Shown: positions 52,922 through 64,000 of the stretch, piece after piece
How positions within the stretch are numbered: the first letter of the stretch is position 1
Layout: each line of letters opens with the position of its first letter
DNA from: Octopus sinensis
Lineage: Eukaryota
DNA: 64,000 bases
Reading direction: 5' to 3'
NCBI RefSeq assembly: GCF_006345805.1
Contig: NC_043015.1
Span: forward strand, 46,500,001 to 46,564,000
Made by a program: the position numbers and the translations under genes
The notes under the pieces: generated by a model
The model's input: only the letters and a program-made list of their open reading frames with translations
Told to the model about the DNA's origin: nothing
The model's database searches: none

Positions 52922-53285
52922 GTGGAGGCGCAATGGCCCAGTGGTTAGGGCAGTGGACTCGCGGTCATAGGATCGCGGTTTCGATTCCCAGACCGGGCAT
53001 TGTGAGTGTTTATTGAGCGAAAACACCTAAAAGCTCCATGAGGCTCCGGCAGGGGATGGTGGTGATCCCTGCTGTACTCTTTCACCACAACTTTCTCTCA
53101 CTCTTACTTCCTGTTTCTGTTGTACCTGTATTTCAAGGGGCCGGCCTTGTCACTCTCTGTGTCACGCTGAATATCCCCGAGAACTACGTTAAGGGTGCCC
53201 GTGTCTGTGGAGTGCTCAGCCACTTACACGTTAATTTCAGATCAACTGGAACCCTCATCGTCATTACCGACAGAGTGCTTCCACC
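52922..53285 (+). mobile_element. tRNA-derived SINE family D
   Basis: Head tggcccagtggttagggc...gtttcgattccc; 11-bp TSD accaggcctta (52911-52921, 53286-53296). Confidence 0.8.
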
Positions 53286-55098
53286 ACCAGGCCTTAACAG
53301 ATTGGAAGTGTTATCATGTACATGTTTTGTCTTGGTATAAAACATAGGCTACAGCAAATATTCTGATCAATACCAGAAATTTGCTCATCAGTTGCATGAC
53401 CATAACCTGTTGAGCATGTCCCTTAGTAGCTGATATGTGCATCTCTGATCACGAGCAGAAGTAGTGGGGGAGCAACATAGCCATGTGTTGAGAGGAATTC
53501 TTTGGGATTTGAATAATTCACCTCTGAAAACATGTTTTGTTTATCATCCTTAAACAAACCTTATTTGGGGATCTTTTGGGCATAATGGGCTACTCGACCT
53601 GAAGAAAATTCTAACAGTTTACTTTGATATGAGATCACCATGTTACATGCATATGGTTGTGATACATGTACCCTTATCAGATGGATAGTCATGATGGGTA
53701 TATTGGGCTTCATGTATTTGTACCCCGTGTCACTTTGATGACATGTGCTGCTCTCTCAATAATAATAATAATAATGAACTTATGGTATATAGTGCTCAGG
53801 TACGCTACAACTTATCAGAAAAAGTAACCTGCATGAACAGTATATAGAATTCATGTTATATGAAAGTAAATAAAAGGTCAAGGAAAAAAAAATGAATAAA
53901 AAAATTTTTTAATGGCAAATGTTTACACTAAAACTTAGAATGGTACTCTACTATGACTAGAATCAGATGAAAACTCTAAAGAATCTAAATAATAAAAAAA
54001 TGGTCAAAATTCTCCACTTTAAAAGGTCAGAAAATATATTAACCATAACTGTTTATCTCATGTCTCACAAAGGCTGATTAAAGAATGAAACAATTGGGTA
54101 CAGCTGTTTGGAAGATGACGAGTCAGTATGGTTGATTGGATATATAGCTGGAGACAAGCAAGTACACACCCCTAAACGCAGAAATATACACAAACAGAGT
54201 GAGATAGAGAGAGAGAGAATAATTTATCAACTGAACACACTTGGCATAAGCACTTTCCTTCTCCTCATACACATGGAGAAAGAGAGGGAAGGAGGAGAGA
54301 TCAAGAGAAACATTAAAATGTTTGATGTCAAGGAAGACAGTGGCAAATCACCAATGCCAAAACTGATGTGCTGGTACATACCCTGTTGAGTATGGACAAT
54401 AACAAACATTAAACAAGACTTTTTAGCCCTTTTGATACCAACCCACCTGAGATCACTTGATACCAACCCACCTTGGTTCACTTTTTAAAGTGATCTAAAT
54501 GAAAACATTCTACCAAAATTTCATACTAACTTATACTCCAAACTCCAGCTTCTCAATCATCATCATCATCGTTTAACGTCCGTTCTCCACAAAATCATTT
54601 TAGTAAATTCTGTGTTACTTTCAAAATTAAACAGAAATAAAAACAGTGTATTTCAACAGGAATATGGTAATAAAAGGGTTAAATATAAACTTCAGTATTT
54701 CTCTCGAGTTTTTGACCCAATGTTTTCAAATCTCATGTGATCACTCACTCCAAAATCTCCCTTGGCCTGTATGTACCAAAGGGTATTTTACACACTACTA
54801 ACCTACAATACTTTACACTCAATGCATCTATATTTCATGTATGTAACAGTGCAACTTTCGCTTCTGCACAAATAACTAATGCCTTTGTTGCACATCTGCT
54901 TTATCAATTCCCTAATGCTTACTTTTTGTAAAAAGCAGCATTTTACACCCCAACAACCTATCAGCCATATTTAGTTTATTTCTTTCCAACTATTGCAAAC
55001 TCAAATCCATTGAGTTCACAGCCAGAAAGCATCACACTATTTTGTAGTGAATCATAAAATACATTTTTCTTTTGTATTTCTTATGAAACATTTAATAC

Positions 55099-55375
55099 TT
55101 GCAGCGTGGAAGGTGTTTATAAGCCATTTAAGAAACACACAAAAACCGTTAGATTCACTTCAACATTTAAATGCAGCACAAAGTTTTGTCGGTGAACAGG
55201 TCATGGTCTCAAAGCGATGAAAATATTTTGACAAATTAAATTTAAATGTTGAAGTGAATCTAACGGTTTTTGTGTGTTTCTTAAATGGCTTATAAACACT
55301 TTCCACGCTGCAATTGTTTTCGTTCCAGCACACGATCTCAGATCAAGTCACTCGCTATGCAAGTACATCTCCGTA
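55099..55375. mobile_element. Fold-back retroelement fragment (Penelope-like inverted arrangement)
   Basis: 74-bp arms 55099-55172 and 55240-55313 with one mismatch; 12-bp TSD atttaatacttg. Confidence 0.65.
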
Positions 55376-57809
55376 ATTTAATACTTGAGATGGTATAAAG
55401 TCCACATAGGTAGTGCTAAAGGTTCAGTCTGAGAGAACAACTTTTCTTTGCTATACACTTGTCATCTTTTCTACTTTGAGAGTTGTTAACAAGTATGGAA
55501 GGAAATCAAGGTTATCTATCTGTAATAATCTGCTGTGGTACAATTATAAAGGAATTGCTTTAACAAATCTTAATATGCTGTACTACATATATATATTTAT
55601 ATCTGAGAAAATTGCCTATGGCTGGATGAGCCCACAGTCCCAGTGAATAAAATACTGTACAATCACCATGCTAAATTCTACAAAATATATATAAATATGT
55701 AAAAGTAATATACACATCACAACTGAACATATTTATTTATCAGTCAATTGTCTTACAAATAATATGTGTATATTGTGTCTATAACTGATTATGATTTTGA
55801 TTTTGTTCCATAGTTTATAAGTTTTATGAATAACAAGAATGTTGTGTCAGATTTCATTCCATAGTTAGGAAAGCATAAGTTTAAAGCTTTACATATGTAA
55901 ACCATAGCAAAATAATATTTCTCTAATCACTGCTATCTTCAGCTCTATTTTCACTATTAATTTATATCACCAAGCTAGCAAAACAAGCAACTGTTACTCT
56001 TGTTATGCAAGTTTAATCTACAACAACGAAACACAAACTTTAGAAAAATATTGACAACATATGCTGACCAATATCTTAACCCTTTAGTATTTTAACCAAC
56101 CATATTTGACCAAAACATTTTGTCTTATGTTCAGATTTAGCCTTTCACACCTACCCTACAGTGTCATTCTAAAAATAAACAATCACATCATTGAAATGTT
56201 GAAGCTATGACATAATGCGTGATTAATTCAAAACGGTGTGAATAAATAAGCATTGCTTTTGGTAGTCTGAATGCTAAAGGGTTACGCTAAGAGCAGGGAT
56301 GCCTGATTGGACAGACTACTGGATGACCAGTCAAGAGGTTGATAGTTTACACTGTCCCTAGCACTGCATGCATTATATCTCTGGTCAAAACATTTAATTC
56401 TCAACAGTCAAGTAAGTCTATTTAGCACTAAGTAGGCACTGCAGAGTAGTATAATTTCACTGTTGTTCACAGTAGATATATAGAAAAACTAATGTACAAA
56501 ACATTGGCTTGCAGTGCCAGTGGCACAAAAGAAAATAGCACCCAGTATACATTATGAAGTGGTTGGTATTAGGAAGAGCATCTACTTGTAGAAATCATGC
56601 CAAAACTGACACTGGAGCTTGGCACAGCCCTACGGTTTGTTGAATCTGGGTCAGGCGGTCAAACTTATGCCAGCATGGAAAATGGATGTTAGATGATGAT
56701 GATGAACTTGGAATTCCTCTTCTGGGAAATACTACTTACAACATGACTGACATTAAATCATAAGGCTTTATTTTATATCCATTCCAGAACACAGAAAATA
56801 TAGCTAAATATGCCCACAATATATGACAGGGTGTCCGCGAAGAGACAAACCACTATTGACCCTTTTGTTATCATATTACTGATGGAATACTTATTTTTGT
56901 TTCCATTCATTTTCAAAATAATGAAGAATTTAGTAAAATAACCTCATCATTAAGCTGATGTTTAAAATATAATTTCACATGAAATTTTGATAGATTTTCA
57001 TTTACATCATTTTAAAACAGGAAATTAGCATCATAGAACTCATGCAGGTTGGTACCAAAGGGGTTAATATACTTTTACTCATGGAAGCTTTTAGTGTGAG
57101 GATCTCTATTAACTTTACTTTCAAGGAGGTTTAACTGATTGTGCGAGTGTAGTTTTATAGCATGCTTCTCATTTAGTTGGATGAGAGCTTTTAATAATCA
57201 AATTTTTATGGGCATGTGCCTGCAAGCAAAGAAGTTGACAGTTCATCCCAGATTTAAAACATTTAAATTTTTCCACCTCTATTTATTTGATTGAAAAGAT
57301 ATGCCATATGCAAGGCATAGTCCATGGCTGTAAAGACTAGAGCAATACAATCTAACCCTTTTGTCACTGTATTTCTACAGGTGGTTCTTTTCATTTTGAA
57401 AAACAATCAAAGAATAGTCGCATTTAATAAAATAAATTTTACATTTATTTCTGTATTAACCTGATGTTTAAAATGAAGCTTAACAAAAAAGTTGTTGCGT
57501 AAAAATTACAATGGAAGGTTTTAAATTTAAACACGAACATTTTTAAATGGCAATTTTCCTTTCTATCAAATAAATCAGCAGCCTTAGGCAAGTTGGCATC
57601 AAAAGGCTTAATTTGAACAATGCATTTCTGAAATACAACTGAGCTCATGGAAAGTCATGAAACACTACCAATAACATTATATGGGACTGTAATGGGAGCC
57701 ACAAATACATTACATTTCAGGACATGATTAGATTTTCAATAGAGCCTTTATTCTGAGAAAATTATGACTAACAAAACCTTGGCAATTGGAAAAAACAAAC
57801 TGATAGGAT

Positions 57810-60800
57810 TCTTTCTGTTTTTTTGAAGCATTCGCTCGTTACAAGGTCCTTAGACCACCTGAAAACATAAGAGCTACTAGAGTAAAATGGACACTAGACA
57901 GAAGTCAATAGGTGACGATGTACTTTAGACTTAAAAGACTGGAGGTCATATTGAAGAGAAAAACAAGACTGTGGAAGGGAATTCCAAAGTTCAGAGGTGC
58001 GAGAGAAGAAACTGGTACTGTAAAGTGCTTTATGACACTTAGGAGGTTGTACATTATATTGATAAGAACTGGATGCAAGTCTAGTAGATCGCTGATAAGT
58101 TCTTAACCCAGAGAAGAGAGTTGAGCTGAACAATGTCCATGAAAATACTTATAGAAAAGAGACAAAGAAGCCACACAATGATGATGAGAGAGTGAATCTA
58201 ATTTAGAAGGTAGATCAGGACCCAAAGCATTACAAATATGGCGATGAATACGGTCCAACAGAGTTAAACACCTGCCTATATGTGACACCAGTACTAAATG
58301 CAGGGGCGAATGGTGGACTTATGTAAGTTCTCCAAGAAAAATCATTAGAGAAAGTCACTCCTAGGAGAAGAAGAGAGTGGCTCTCGGGTAAGTCAATACC
58401 ATCCATTGAAACCGATGGCAAAGAAGTTTAGTTTTCGATGGACTGAACGTTACAAGCCATTTCCTACCCCCACTCAACAACAGATCAAAGATCATTCACA
58501 AGCCATTTCCTACCCCCACTCAACAACAGATCAAAGATCATTCTCAAGGTTAGCAGCGATCTCAACCTTAGAGTACAAAGTAGAGTCATCAGCATAGACT
58601 ATGAGCTGACAGATGATATGATCGGGCAGATCATTGATAAAAAGAAGAAAGAGAGTTGGGCACAGGATAGATCCTTGAGAAACCTCATAGAATAACTAGA
58701 TGAAGATTGACCATCAAGAATAACCTTGATCCTATGGTCTTAAAGGTTAGAGAAGATGATGTTCAGCATGAAACCTGACACACCAAAGGATTGGAGGAGC
58801 TTCCATAGAAGTTCAGCATGCCAAACCCTATCAAATACCTTAGAGATATCAAAAGCAACTGCCCTAGCTTGACCAGATACATTCAAGGCACGATAAACAC
58901 TCGGATATATCAGTAAGAATATCAGCAGTAGACTGTCCAGTACAGAAACCATATTGAGAGTCAGAGAATAAACAATTTGAGTCAAGATATTTTACAAGAG
59001 AGTCATTAATCAAGGACACAAAAACCTTACTGATGATTGGTAGTAGACTAATTGGTCTATAATTACGAGGATTAGATCAACTGCCACAGTTCTTAAAGAA
59101 AGGAAGAACAGTTGGGAATTTCTATAAACAAGGAAAACAAGATTCTGAGATCACTTTCGGAAGAGCCTAGATAAGACAGAAGACAACTCAAGAGAGCACT
59201 TCTGAAGAACAAGGACTGGAATATCATCAGGTCCAGTTGCTTTACATGGATCCAACCATGTCACATTGGCTGCAACCTTAGCAGAAGAAATATGACAACT
59301 GTGTAACAGTTTATCAGTTTTGAGAAAAACATCAGGAAGTGGATGATAAGAGTCACTGAGAAGAGAGTGAGAACTAAACAGTTGAGCAAAGACTTCTGCT
59401 TTATCATCAGATGTCAAGACCTCAGGCCCGTTAAATAAAGGAGGAATAGAAGACTTATTGTTATCTCTAGGACTTTTAATAATTCTCCAGAAGTCACGAG
59501 AGCCTACTTTCTGGGATGATATATGATCATGAATGTGTTGCTCGTAGTCTGATTTAGCATCACGAATGAGAGCCCTACAGTGATTACAAGCAGAGGTAAA
59601 AAGTTGTTTATTCACTGCAGAATTATCTCGCTGAAACTGGAGGAAAAAATTATGATAGGCAACAGCAGCAGCACAAGCAGGTGAAAACCAGGATGAGGAC
59701 TGCGATTTCAGCTGGTATTTGCGAGATGGTATGAAGGCGGCGAGCTGGCAGAATCATTAGAACGCTGGGCAAAATGCGTAGCCGTATTTCGTCTGCCGTT
59801 ATGTTCTGAGTTCAAATTCCGCCAAGGTCGACTTTGCCTTTCATCCTTTCGGGGTCGATAGATTAAGTACCAGTTATGCAGTGGGGTCGATGTAATCGAC
59901 TTAATCCGTTTGTCTGTCCTTGTTTGTCCCCTCTGTGTTTAGCCCCTTGTGGGTAGTAAAGAAATAGGTATGAAGGTGTTAATACCAGTAGGAAATCCAA
60001 GTAGGAACTTCCCCAGCACAGGCCTCAACAGGTTTAGCAAAAATGCTGGTCCAAGGAACGTCACAAAAATTGTCCCAGTCACCACGAACATAGCCAAATA
60101 GAGTACGATTAATTGGGGACTTCTTGGCATCAGAACAATTCAGAGAAACAACATGATCAGATCACCCGAGTGGAAAATCATGACAAACCTTACAGATATC
60201 AGGATTTGATGCCAAAAAGAGATCAAGGAAGAAGGAAGATTGGTCATCATGATCAGGAATGCAAGTAGGAAAGTCAACAAGTTGTGTGAGCGATTGAGAA
60301 AGTGCAAAAATGCCAGATGCATTATGAGAAAACTTAAGTCACTCTTCATAGTGAATATTAAAATATTAAAAGATGAATATATTCGCAGAGTTATGAAACA
60401 AGAGAGCCTTATTGATGCTGTCAGAAACAGACTGTATAAAAGAACACTTTTGAGAAGATGGAAAACGATAGAGAAAGAACAAGTAGCTAATTGAGTGCAA
60501 AAGAGAAAATCAAAACACATGGAAGACTGCGGAGCATCCTCAAGATCTTCCTCACAAATGATGGGAAGACTGACACGAGCAAAGATGCCCAAGCCATGCA
60601 TACAATTGCGAGAGTCCTTCCGGTAGAGAGGAAGATAGCCAGGAGCGACAAAATCATTTGAAATGTCAGGACTGAGATTTGTCTCATTCAAAGCAAGGAT
60701 GTCAGGAGAGTTCTGAGCAAGAAAAGAGTCGACATCCGTAAGATTAGAACGGAGACTACATATATTGGAGAATGCAATAGTAAAAGGAGCTGAGTCTGGT

Positions 60801-61432
60801 TTGTGATTTTCTTTACTGGGGACCACCATGATTGAATTGATTTAAGAAAAAAAAAAAGGAGTAGCCAGGGATGATTTCCACCTTAACTAAGCAAGTAATC
60901 AGTTTCCCTATAATATTCCAGCAGACGATGTATTGCTTTGGGAAAGCCCACCGGATGCAGCTGCAGGGACCACCCCCATCCATGTATAACATGGCACTAC
61001 AGATACACCAATATTATACAACTGCTGATAGAGCAACTGCTGATAGAGCAACCTTTCCATGAGCCACCAGAGATTTTGGGCTCCTGACTACCAGAAAACT
61101 ACACAATCCAGTACCCTCACCAAGATCAACAAGAACAGAGAAATATGAAGACCAAATGAACTGGATAATGGACCTCATCCGAGGCTAAGACCAGCGTTCA
61201 AAGCCCTTACCAGAAAACAAGGCTAATAACTCAGCCTCTATTCAACCCAGTAAGCTAGGTAGGAGTGTGAAGCCAGGCGATAGGTAAATCCAAAAAACTC
61301 CTAAGGTACTTTTATCAAGACACCATCTCTAGGAAGGTTACTAACCAAAGCAAAAGAGTACCATCCTACCCTAACACAGTGTTGAATGGCCGTTGACGAT
61401 TACAGTAGTTCGTCCGCCCTTTGACAGGTCTC
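57810..61432 (-). mobile_element. Decayed near-full-length LINE (APE + RT; CR1/L2/Jockey group)
   Basis: APE FSNICSLRSN...PDILALNETNL; RT KATGPDDIP, AFDISKVFDRVWH, YADDSTL; many frameshifts; A-rich 3' end near 57815. Boundaries approximate. Confidence 0.88.
59738..59966 (+). mobile_element. Young SINE family B inserted in the LINE
   Basis: 10-bp TSD ggtatgaagg (59728-59737, 59967-59976). Confidence 0.88.
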
Positions 61433-61697
61433 ATTTTTTGTCCTGCAGGGTGTCCAACAATTACCCTCCTCACCAAGCAACGCTATAAGGATTTAAACCT
61501 TGCAATGTTCACCTCACTTACAAGCCTTGGAAGAACATGAACATTATAAGTTACCTCCCTTATCTTAGAAATGACAGAGACTACTCTCGTGTCTCATTAC
61601 AAGGAACATCTGAAATCACATTATAAAAAGATATACGAAAGGAGTGAGAAGCAGAGAGAGAAACTGAGGAGTAAGAAGAAAAATGGAAAGGTGGAGG

Positions 61698-61698
<1 letters not shown>

Positions 61699-61778
<80 letters not shown>
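61699..61778. repeat. (AG)n microsatellite near the exon 1 donor
   Basis: Directly visible. Confidence 0.95.
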
Positions 61779-61781
<3 letters not shown>

Positions 61782-61816
61782 GCTGAAGAAAGGCAGGTAG
61801 AAGAAAAAAACAATAC

Positions 61817-61962
61817 CTTTTTGAAGATCGGCTTCGATTTTCTGGTCCATTTGTTTCTTCAGAAAAGGGACCATGAAGAAATTTGCATTTTGAACCAAAT
61901 GGACATGCTCTTGTTAAAAGCCAGTTGCGGCACTTATCTACATATGCTGTTTTATCCATTCT
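61817..61962 (-). CDS. ZC3H13: ZC3H13 visible coding exon 1 (CCCH zinc finger); an upstream exon is probably outside the window
   Basis: Encodes RMDKTAYVDKCRNWLLTRACPFGSKCKFLHGP, a C-x8-C-x5-C-x3-H finger resembling the ZC3H13 CRNW...C...C..HGP motif. Acceptor ttttag at 61964/61963, donor gtattg at 61816, end phase 2. Confidence 0.9.
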
Positions 61963-62445
61963 CTAAAAAACATTAAGAAAAAATATGCGAACTACAGGAT
62001 TTATTTCAATATTATTAAAATAAATTCAACAGGAATATTGAAAAGAGTAAATAAATTTTAACAGTTCGGTCTCTTTTATAAAATCCTCATATACCAATAA
62101 CAGATGAGCAAAACTTTTTTAATCAGTCACTCTGTATACTATCAGCATTCTGAAGGAATGAACGGTAGAGTCAAACTTGGGAGAATTTTGTTTTAACTTC
62201 AGGACATAGACAAAATTAAATACAATAGAGACATTTAGATCAGTGCTCAACAACTTTACTCAGTCGCAAATACTTTGTTAAATGCTATTTTGATACCTTA
62301 TAGTAATGAGTTCAAATTCTTATTAGAGTTCATTTGCCTAACACTCTTCCACTGCCATCATCATCATCGTCAACATCCGCTTTCCATGCTGGCATAGGTT
62401 GGACAGTTCGACAGGTCCTGGCTAGGCAGAAGACTGCACTAGACT

Positions 62446-62663
62446 ATATGGCGGCTAGCACGCCAGGCAAAATGCTTAGCGGTTTTCCGTCTGCCGCTAA
62501 GTTCCGAGTTCAAATTATGCCGAGGTCAACTTTGCTTTTCATCCTTTCAGGGTCGATTAAATAAGTACAAGTTACGCACTGGGGTCGATGTAATCGACTT
62601 AATCCGTTTGTCTGTCCTTGTTTGTCCCCTCTACGTTTAGCCCCTTGTGGGCAGTAAAGAAAT
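62446..62663 (+). mobile_element. 5'-truncated SINE family B inserted in a family A fragment
   Basis: 16-bp TSD aagactgcactagact (62430-62445, 62664-62679). Confidence 0.85.
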
Positions 62664-63261
62664 AAGACTGCACTAGACTGCCAATAAAAATATAAACCAG
62701 TTGTTGCTTAACCCCAAGTCAGTCCCGGTCAAGTAGTAATCCTATGATCAAAGGAGTTACAGCTGTGACCAGTCACTTTCATATCTTTGACTACAATGTC
62801 TGATGTTGAAGCAGACATATCATTATAGCAAATATTCTGCTCAATACCACAGATTTGCTTGTCTGTTGCTTGGCTGTAACCACTTGAGCATGTCTCTCAG
62901 TGGCTAACAATATATGCATTTCTGATCATGAACAGGAGTAGTGGGGGAGTATCATTGCAATGAATTGAGAGGGGGTTCTTTGCTGCGTTTCAATAAATGT
63001 AACAAAAGCAAAGTTTGAAGGAAATATTAACCATTTTTCATACTTTATAGAGGTAAGCAAATAGGAAATAAGAGTGGCTACTCAAGGACAAAACACTGTA
63101 ATATGCAAAGGAACATGCAACTGACTACAGCTCTTTCATATAGAAAACATAACCTGTCAGCAAAAAGGAATCATTCATCAGTAATTGTTGCATTCAAGTT
63201 GATAAGGGGAGTAGAGAGCTCCTCCTATAAGTTATTAGATAATTCTAAACAAGACTTCTAA

Positions 63262-63752
63262 TACAGTAATCCCTCGCCATATCGCACTTCACCTATTGCA
63301 CACTCAGGACATTGTGGATTTTTCTGACTAATATAAGTAAATTTGTATCGTAGACTCCTCAGTATATTGCAGGTTTCTGCGACCGATAGGTATTTATATG
63401 CTTTTAGAGTTTAAATATTTCTGAGGTAAAATAAGCATTTTCACACATAAAAATTAATTATTGAAAATAGAGTACAGTACTGCACTGTATAACAGATTAA
63501 TTAAAATATATTAAAAGGAAATACATAGTGTACCGTAGATGAGTAAACAAAGAATTGCAAATACTGTATAGGAAATGAAATGCGGAAGGCGAGTGTGTGG
63601 TGTTGTTTTGCATTTATAATAAAATAAATATATACAAATTAGAAAAATGATAAAAAAAATATAGAGTACAGTACTGTTTCTACTTCACTGATTTTCACCT
63701 ATCACAGGAGGTTTTGGAAGTAAACACCTACGATAGTCGAGGGATTACTGTA
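63262..63752. mobile_element. Tigger/pogo-like non-autonomous element
   Basis: TIR tacagtaatccctcg/cgagggattactgta with TA ends. Confidence 0.85.
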
Positions 63753-64000
63753 TAAGCATAAACTCACAGAGTAGTAACAATGTTGCACACCGTTTATACC
63801 ACCAATAAATGACGCACAGTTTAAAAATCTGAAGTTTATAAAGAGCCAACATATAGTTTACCCCATTTGATATCTTCATTGGTCAATAAATACATATTTC
63901 TTTATTACCCACAAGGGGCTAAACATAGAGGGGACAAACAAGGACAGTCATAGGTATTAAGTTGATTACATAGACCCCAGTGCGTAACTGGTACTTAATT

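Noticed and set aside
52922-53000. tRNA-like sequences here and at 9296-9369
   Set aside because: They are SINE heads that continue into SINE bodies within TSD-flanked insertions and lack a proper acceptor stem or terminator.
60140-60829. 229-aa ORF as a host or domesticated nuclease gene
   Set aside because: It is the frameshifted APE domain of the decayed LINE, whose downstream ORF is broken by stops and a SINE.
61957-61959. ATG of MDKTAY as the ZC3H13 start codon
   Set aside because: It sits 3 nt after a good acceptor in an open frame, and orthologues have an N-terminal stretch (SVF.RLG-type motif) before the finger, so an upstream coding exon probably lies outside the window. Not fully excluded.

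Overview
AT-rich, repeat-dense eukaryotic genomic DNA. The repeat landscape suggests Octopus (inference). Almost the whole window is one minus-strand gene, an orthologue of ZC3H13 (Flacc/Xio), a subunit of the m6A writer complex. I traced 18 GT-AG coding exons by hand from 61962 down to the stop at 3698; their phases are consistent and total 4929 nt (1642 aa plus stop). They encode the N-terminal CCCH finger, an RS/RD/RE-rich middle and the conserved C-terminal domain; the true 5' end probably lies beyond the window. The introns hold 5'-truncated RTE/CR1 LINE ends, several tRNA-derived SINE families, hAT, Tc1/pogo, piggyBac and Merlin-like MITEs, a small Helitron and a decayed 3.6-kb LINE. The most notable observation is a TSD-flanked composite retro-insertion in intron 15 (9095-9978), built from a tRNA-headed element with a hammerhead-like core. 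It carries an 88-nt, 92%-identical copy of the next coding exon in antisense orientation, so the pre-mRNA can form an exon:intron duplex, a candidate new editing-complementary sequence for A-to-I recoding. Several other retroelement fold-backs lie in the same gene. No prokaryotic systems or CRISPR arrays are present.
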